NCBI GenBank assembly: GCA_031262595.1
Contig: JAISHI010000014.1
Coordinates: forward strand, 11,276-75,275
DNA length: 64,000 nt
Source: Christensenellaceae bacterium
Lineage (GTDB): Bacteria > Bacillota > Clostridia > Christensenellales > UBA1242
Direction: 5' to 3'
Shown here: positions 60,187 through 64,000 of the stretch, piece after piece
How the letters are laid out: each line of letters opens with the position of its first letter
How positions within the stretch are numbered: the stretch's first letter is position 1
Program-made: the position numbers and the translations under genes
Notes under the pieces: generated by a model
Told to the model about the DNA's origin: nothing
Databases searched by the model: none
Seen by the model: only the letters and a program-made list of their open reading frames with translations

Positions 60187-61509
60187 TTATAAACGATAAA
60201 TGTAGGTATAGAGATAACAATAAATGGTCGTGTCCTCGTAAATTGGTATTTCTAAATACATCCCTTGTCCAAGTATCTCATCATTTGCATCTTTCCAATA
60301 AACTCGCCCGAACTGTGATTCATACGCTTCCGCCTCCGCCAATGTTTCATAACCGAAAATCGTTCTGCCAACATCTACTCTATGCTTTCCTTTTTCATGG
60401 TTATCCGTTACAACCGTTTTAACATGATCGCCATTGATATAACATATAATCGTTAAAATAATACCCTCCGGTTCTGGGTCTATTGGGTCTGTTGGGCCTA
60501 CTGGGTCTGTGGGTTCGGTCGGTTCTGTCGGCTCTGTTGGTTCTGTGGGTTCGGTCGGCTCTTCGTAAATAAACCAATGCGCATAAATCGCAATCGTATC
60601 GCGACTCGCCGAAACTAAATTATAGTTAATAATATCGCGCGGGCTTTTAATTTCGAAGCCTTCGCCATAAGGTTTTGTATACCAGCCAAGGAGTTCAACG
60701 TTTTCGTTTCCTGGAACTCGCGCCGAGATTGTGTTTGGGGTTAGAACGCCGTCTGTCGTGAACGCCCAATCAAGGTTCGAGCCTTGCCCGTCATGTGCGC
60801 GGAATGTGCGCGAACCGTTGTTGCCGACTATTTCTGCGCCGACAACGCCGTGGGTTATATCGAATTTAACGATAAAGTTATAGTTTTCGTAGTCGCTGTT
60901 CGTAATCCAATAACCCCAAAGGTTAAGGTCAGAAGTATATAAGAAAACGTCGCCCGACGAAATCATTTCGCCTTGCCCGTTAGGCTGAGTATACCAACCA
61001 ACAAACTCCCAACCAAAAACGGTATTATAAGCATAATCTGGGAGAATTCCGATAGGTTCAAGATATTTAATCTCTATCGAAGTTGGATTCGCAACGCCCG
61101 CCATATGCGAGTTGAAATTTATGTGATAAGTAATAGGCGCCCAATCAGCGGTTAAAATACTCGCGTCGTCAACTTTCGTTAAGTTCGCTGGAACATATTT
61201 ATCGAGTTTTGTGCCGTCTTGCCAAACCCAACCATCGAAAGAATATCCCTTATTTTCGAACGGATTTTCAATAAGTTTCGTTTTCTTTGCCTTTGTCTCG
61301 CCTTCGGGGTTGTCTTTCGTTTCATAAAGCGGAACTGTTTGGTTTTTAGTTGGCTCTGCGCCTAACGATGCCGCGTATTGTAAATTTATCTCACCAACTT
61401 TCTTTGGAAAAATCCCGCTCAAATCAATATCGCTTAAAAGAAGCCCGATTACAGCAAAAAGCACCACCGAAACTATGATACAAGTTGTTATAAATTTCTT
61501 CAATTTCAT
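60187..61509 (-). CDS. membrane-anchored surface protein with Listeria-Bacteroides (Flg_new) repeats and a PTE-repeat linker
   Basis: N-terminal TM segment and repeated ...F.GW(Y/V).. units (YSFDGWVWQDG, WEFVGWYTQPNG, ELLGWYTKPYG). The linker is EEPTEPTEPTEPTEPTEPTDPVGPTDPIDPEPE. Confidence 0.7.
   Translation of the reverse strand: MKLKKFITTCIIVSVVLFAVIGLLLSDIDLSGIFPKKVGEINLQYAASLGAEPTKNQTVPLYETKDNPEGETKAKKTKLIENPFENKGYSFDGWVWQDGTKLDKYVPANLTKVDDASILTADWAPITYHINFNSHMAGVANPTSIEIKYLEPIGILPDYAYNTVFGWEFVGWYTQPNGQGEMISSGDVFLYTSDLNLWGYWITNSDYENYNFIVKFDITHGVVGAEIVGNNGSRTFRAHDGQGSNLDWAFTTDGVLTPNTISARVPGNENVELLGWYTKPYGEGFEIKSPRDIINYNLVSASRDTIAIYAHWFIYEEPTEPTEPTEPTEPTEPTDPVGPTDPIDPEPEGIILTIICYINGDHVKTVVTDNHEKGKHRVDVGRTIFGYETLAEAEAYESQFGRVYWKDANDEILGQGMYLEIPIYEDTTIYCYLYTYIYRL
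60468..60562. repeat. imperfect 9-bp tandem repeat encoding the (PTE)n linker
   Basis: Plus-strand units such as ggttctgtc / ggctctgtt / ggttctgtg / ggttcggtc repeat about ten times with degeneracy. Confidence 0.75.
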
Positions 61510-61566
61510 GACGTAAGGATATCATATGAATCTAAAAAAGTCAATACCCTCGCCAAAATTTTAATA

Positions 61567-62961
61567 TTAGTTATTATTTTTTTTATAATGATTGAACGTA
61601 ATGATAACAAAAATAAGGTTTACTAAAAGCGCGACGAGGAAGCACGCGATATTCGCAAACGATACCGCATTTATCCCTAAATCGGTTTTAATAAAGAAAA
61701 TCTCAATTAAGACCTTGGCTACTCCGCCCGCAAGTAGCGCAAATAACGGGATTTTAAGCTTGCCGACGCCTTGCAATATCGACGATAAAACTTGGGTTAG
61801 GCACATAAACACGACTAAAATACTCTCGATTTTAAGGAGTTTAACGGCAATATCGAATTGCTCCGCCCTATCTTTAAACGCCCCGCTATAAAGCAAGTTC
61901 AAAATAAAATCCGCAAAGAAAAAGTAAATAATCGCCGACGCCGCCGACATAACGAGGACGGCTAAAATCGCGAAAACCGACTTCTTTTGCATCTCCTTAA
62001 ACTCGCCTTTATGGAAATGGCTGGTCGCCATTGGAACGATACAAGTCGCGACGGCGACGGAAATAACGCTTGGTAAATTCGTTAGCGTATGAACCGCGCC
62101 GGAGGAAATTCCGTAAAGTTCGGTCGCCGTTCGCCCACTCTCGCCAGCCGCGCTGAGCATATTTACGACAACCATGCTGTCGAACATTAAAAGCAGCGGG
62201 AAAATCGACGCCATAGCGGTTATTGGTAACGCGGTTTTTATAATTTCCTTAACGATTTTTAGGTCTGGCTTAAATTTCGTTTTTTGGGGTTTCGCGCCAG
62301 CGTCTTCTTTCTTTTTGTGTTTTAAATAATGAAAAACTAAATAAATAAGCGCGATAAGTTCGCTTATCGAAACCGCGAGTATCGAGCCGAAAACTGCCAT
62401 CTCGACGCTTTTTTTAATCCAAAGCGCGGCTAAACCTAAACCCGCACCTAGTTTTATGAGTTGCTCGATGATTTGGCTAACTGCCGTCGGCGTCATGTTT
62501 TGATAGCCTTGAAAATACCCCCGAAGCGCCGACATAACGCAAACTAAAACAACGCTCGGCGCAATCGCCATATAAACGCTGCCGATGCTCTCGTTGCCCT
62601 GCGCGCGGGCGATCGTTCCCGAAAAAACGAAGAATAAAACCGTTATTAAAAGCCCGATTACGGTTAAAAGTAAAACCGCGTTAAATAAAATTTGCTTTGC
62701 CTTAACTTTATCGTTGTCGTTATGCGCGCGCGCGACCATTCGCGAGATTGCGACGGGTATCCCCGACGACGAAACGATAAGAAGGAACGAATAAAGCGGG
62801 AAAACGAGTTGGTAAAGCCCGATGCCGTAATTCCCGACGATATTCGCGAGCGGAATCCTAAACGCGACGCCGATTCCGCGGCAAATAATCCCTGCAATCG
62901 CCAAAATAATTGCGCCTTTAAAAAATTTGTTATTCTTTAAATTCGCAAAAAACTTCCTCAT
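61567..62961 (-). CDS. spoVB: MOP-superfamily flippase, SpoVB/MurJ-like
   Basis: 464-aa polytopic protein. The N-terminus ...GAIILAIAGIICRGIGVAFRIPLANIVGNYGIGLYQLVFPLY resembles SpoVB. Confidence 0.55.
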   Translation of the reverse strand: MRKFFANLKNNKFFKGAIILAIAGIICRGIGVAFRIPLANIVGNYGIGLYQLVFPLYSFLLIVSSSGIPVAISRMVARAHNDNDKVKAKQILFNAVLLLTVIGLLITVLFFVFSGTIARAQGNESIGSVYMAIAPSVVLVCVMSALRGYFQGYQNMTPTAVSQIIEQLIKLGAGLGLAALWIKKSVEMAVFGSILAVSISELIALIYLVFHYLKHKKKEDAGAKPQKTKFKPDLKIVKEIIKTALPITAMASIFPLLLMFDSMVVVNMLSAAGESGRTATELYGISSGAVHTLTNLPSVISVAVATCIVPMATSHFHKGEFKEMQKKSVFAILAVLVMSAASAIIYFFFADFILNLLYSGAFKDRAEQFDIAVKLLKIESILVVFMCLTQVLSSILQGVGKLKIPLFALLAGGVAKVLIEIFFIKTDLGINAVSFANIACFLVALLVNLIFVIITFNHYKKNNN

Positions 62962-62993
62962 AAAGGAAGTTTGTGCAAAAAATCAAAATTAAC

Positions 62994-63563
62994 TTATTTC
63001 TTGTAGTTTTTAAGGAACTCTATACAATCGTCAAGCGTTTTCACCGAGATAACCGTTGCGCCGTTGTTAACGTCTGGGTTAAAGTCGCGGTTTTGAAAAT
63101 ATTCCTTCGCGCTCATGAACATCTCGCCCGCGCCCGCAAATTCCTCAACGACAACAATCGTTTTTTTGTAATAGAACGACAACATAAGCTCGAAATATGT
63201 TCCCCAACTCCCGCCGAGCCCGATAACGATATCGCTAAATGGCGTCATATCCCAACTGCGTTTAAGGAAACTCTCGGTTATCGAAACGAAATCCTCCGTC
63301 GTATAAACGAGGTCGCTAACGCCGTCGGTTGGGAATTTATATTTCTCTACGTGCTCCTCAAAGTTATGCGCCGGCGTATAGCCGATAACTTTTCCGCCAA
63401 TAGAGGCACTCGCCCGCCCAACATAATAAGGGAATCCGCCGCAAGCGCCCGTTAGAATCTCGTCGCCACGCTCGGCTAGAAATTTCCCTAACTTCTCACA
63501 TTTAGCGATTTCTTCCTCGCTGTATTTTTTGTTATTCGTTCCCCCAAAAACTGTAATCTTCAT
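62994..63563 (-). CDS. LOG/TIGR00725-like Rossmann-fold (SLOG-type) protein
   Basis: 189 aa. KITVFGG..., TGACGG and GLGGSWGTYFEL resemble the LOG-family GGGxGxM and PGGxGTxxE motifs. Confidence 0.55.
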   Translation of the reverse strand: MKITVFGGTNNKKYSEEEIAKCEKLGKFLAERGDEILTGACGGFPYYVGRASASIGGKVIGYTPAHNFEEHVEKYKFPTDGVSDLVYTTEDFVSITESFLKRSWDMTPFSDIVIGLGGSWGTYFELMLSFYYKKTIVVVEEFAGAGEMFMSAKEYFQNRDFNPDVNNGATVISVKTLDDCIEFLKNYKK

Positions 63564-64000
63564 TAAAATCCCTCCTTTAAGCCAACGGTTTTATTGAACA
63601 AAAGTTCGCCGTCCGCCTTTTCGTCTAAAACATAAAAACCTTTTCGCACAAATTGGTATTTCTCATCTAGTTTACTATCTTTTAAGTATGTTTCGCAAAC
63701 ACAATCTATAACCCTCATCGTATTTTTATTTATGTTCTCTTCGTTAAGAGCCGTTCCCTCGATAAGCAGCGGTTCAAACTCGCGAATCTTGCCCCGAACT
63801 GCGGTTTTCGCGTCAACAAAATGAATAACACCAGCGGGTTTAATTCCGCTTGTGTCGCTTCCGCTTTTGCTTTCTTTAATATATTCGCATTCGAGATGCG
63901 TTCCGCAATTTTTATTGCACTTAATTATATATGCGCCCCGAAGCCGAACCGTTCCGCCAACAACAAGCCGTTTATACTTCGGCGGAGGGTTATCGCTAAA
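63563..64000 (-). CDS. glnS: glutamine--tRNA ligase, C-terminal part (5' end outside the window)
   Basis: Absent from the ORF track. My translation ends ...GVIHFVDAKTAVRGKIREFEPLL...YQFVRKGFYVLDEKADGELLFNKTVGLKEGF*, which matches the GlnRS C-terminus (FQFEREGYFCLD...VFNRTVGLRD). Its TAA overlaps the ATG of the next gene. Confidence 0.75.
   Translation of the reverse strand, partial: FSDNPPPKYKRLVVGGTVRLRGAYIIKCNKNCGTHLECEYIKESKSGSDTSGIKPAGVIHFVDAKTAVRGKIREFEPLLIEGTALNEENINKNTMRVIDCVCETYLKDSKLDEKYQFVRKGFYVLDEKADGELLFNKTVGLKEGF

Noticed and set aside
60468-60562. Short tandem repeats considered as a possible CRISPR-like array.
   Set aside because: The units are 9 bp, contiguous, in-frame and coding (a PTE linker). 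There are no spacers and no cas genes.

Overview
This 64-kb chromosomal window appears to come from an endospore-forming Bacillota (Clostridia-like) organism. That call rests on a complete spoIIIAA-AH operon plus yunB, pdaB-like, spoVB-like, veg and a DUF3794/LysM SipL-like gene. Most of the window is tightly packed housekeeping: uppS (partial), frr, alr, rsmD, secA, valS, polA, plsY, der, recD2, map, adk, ttcA-like, ruvC, yebC, clpC-like, mcsA, mcsB, rnj, fusA and glnS (partial). I found one tRNA (Gly-UCC). I found no rRNA, CRISPR array, transposase, integrase or recognisable defence system. All calls come from reading the translations and DNA by eye against remembered family motifs; no searches were run.

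Nothing here is a clear multi-gene novel system. These are the items I consider worth follow-up:
1. A CpG-depleted two-gene islet (lipoprotein plus a 96-aa protein) between the secA and valS promoters, behind an unclassified structured leader with an anti-SD/terminator switch.
2. A ~105-nt structured intergenic element present twice (about 80% identical) at convergent gene junctions.
3. An S-box (SAM-I) riboswitch, apparently without P4, in front of a MetK homologue about 100 residues shorter than normal.
4. An IlvD/Edd-like protein that has lost the catalytic and Fe-S motifs, adjacent to a TtcA-like tRNA thiolase.
5. Two translationally coupled SurE paralogues that both lack the DD metal motif.
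6. A tRNA-Gly(UCC) with a non-canonical T-loop, followed by a foreign-looking ORF.
7. A recurrent promoter geometry that places the -10 box 5-8 nt from the start codon with no SD, implying leaderless mRNAs for many operon-leading genes.
8. A ClpC-like ATPase without an M-domain, divergent from mcsA-mcsB, with no ctsR.
9. A 3007-aa Ig-like/GLUG surface protein abutting recD2.
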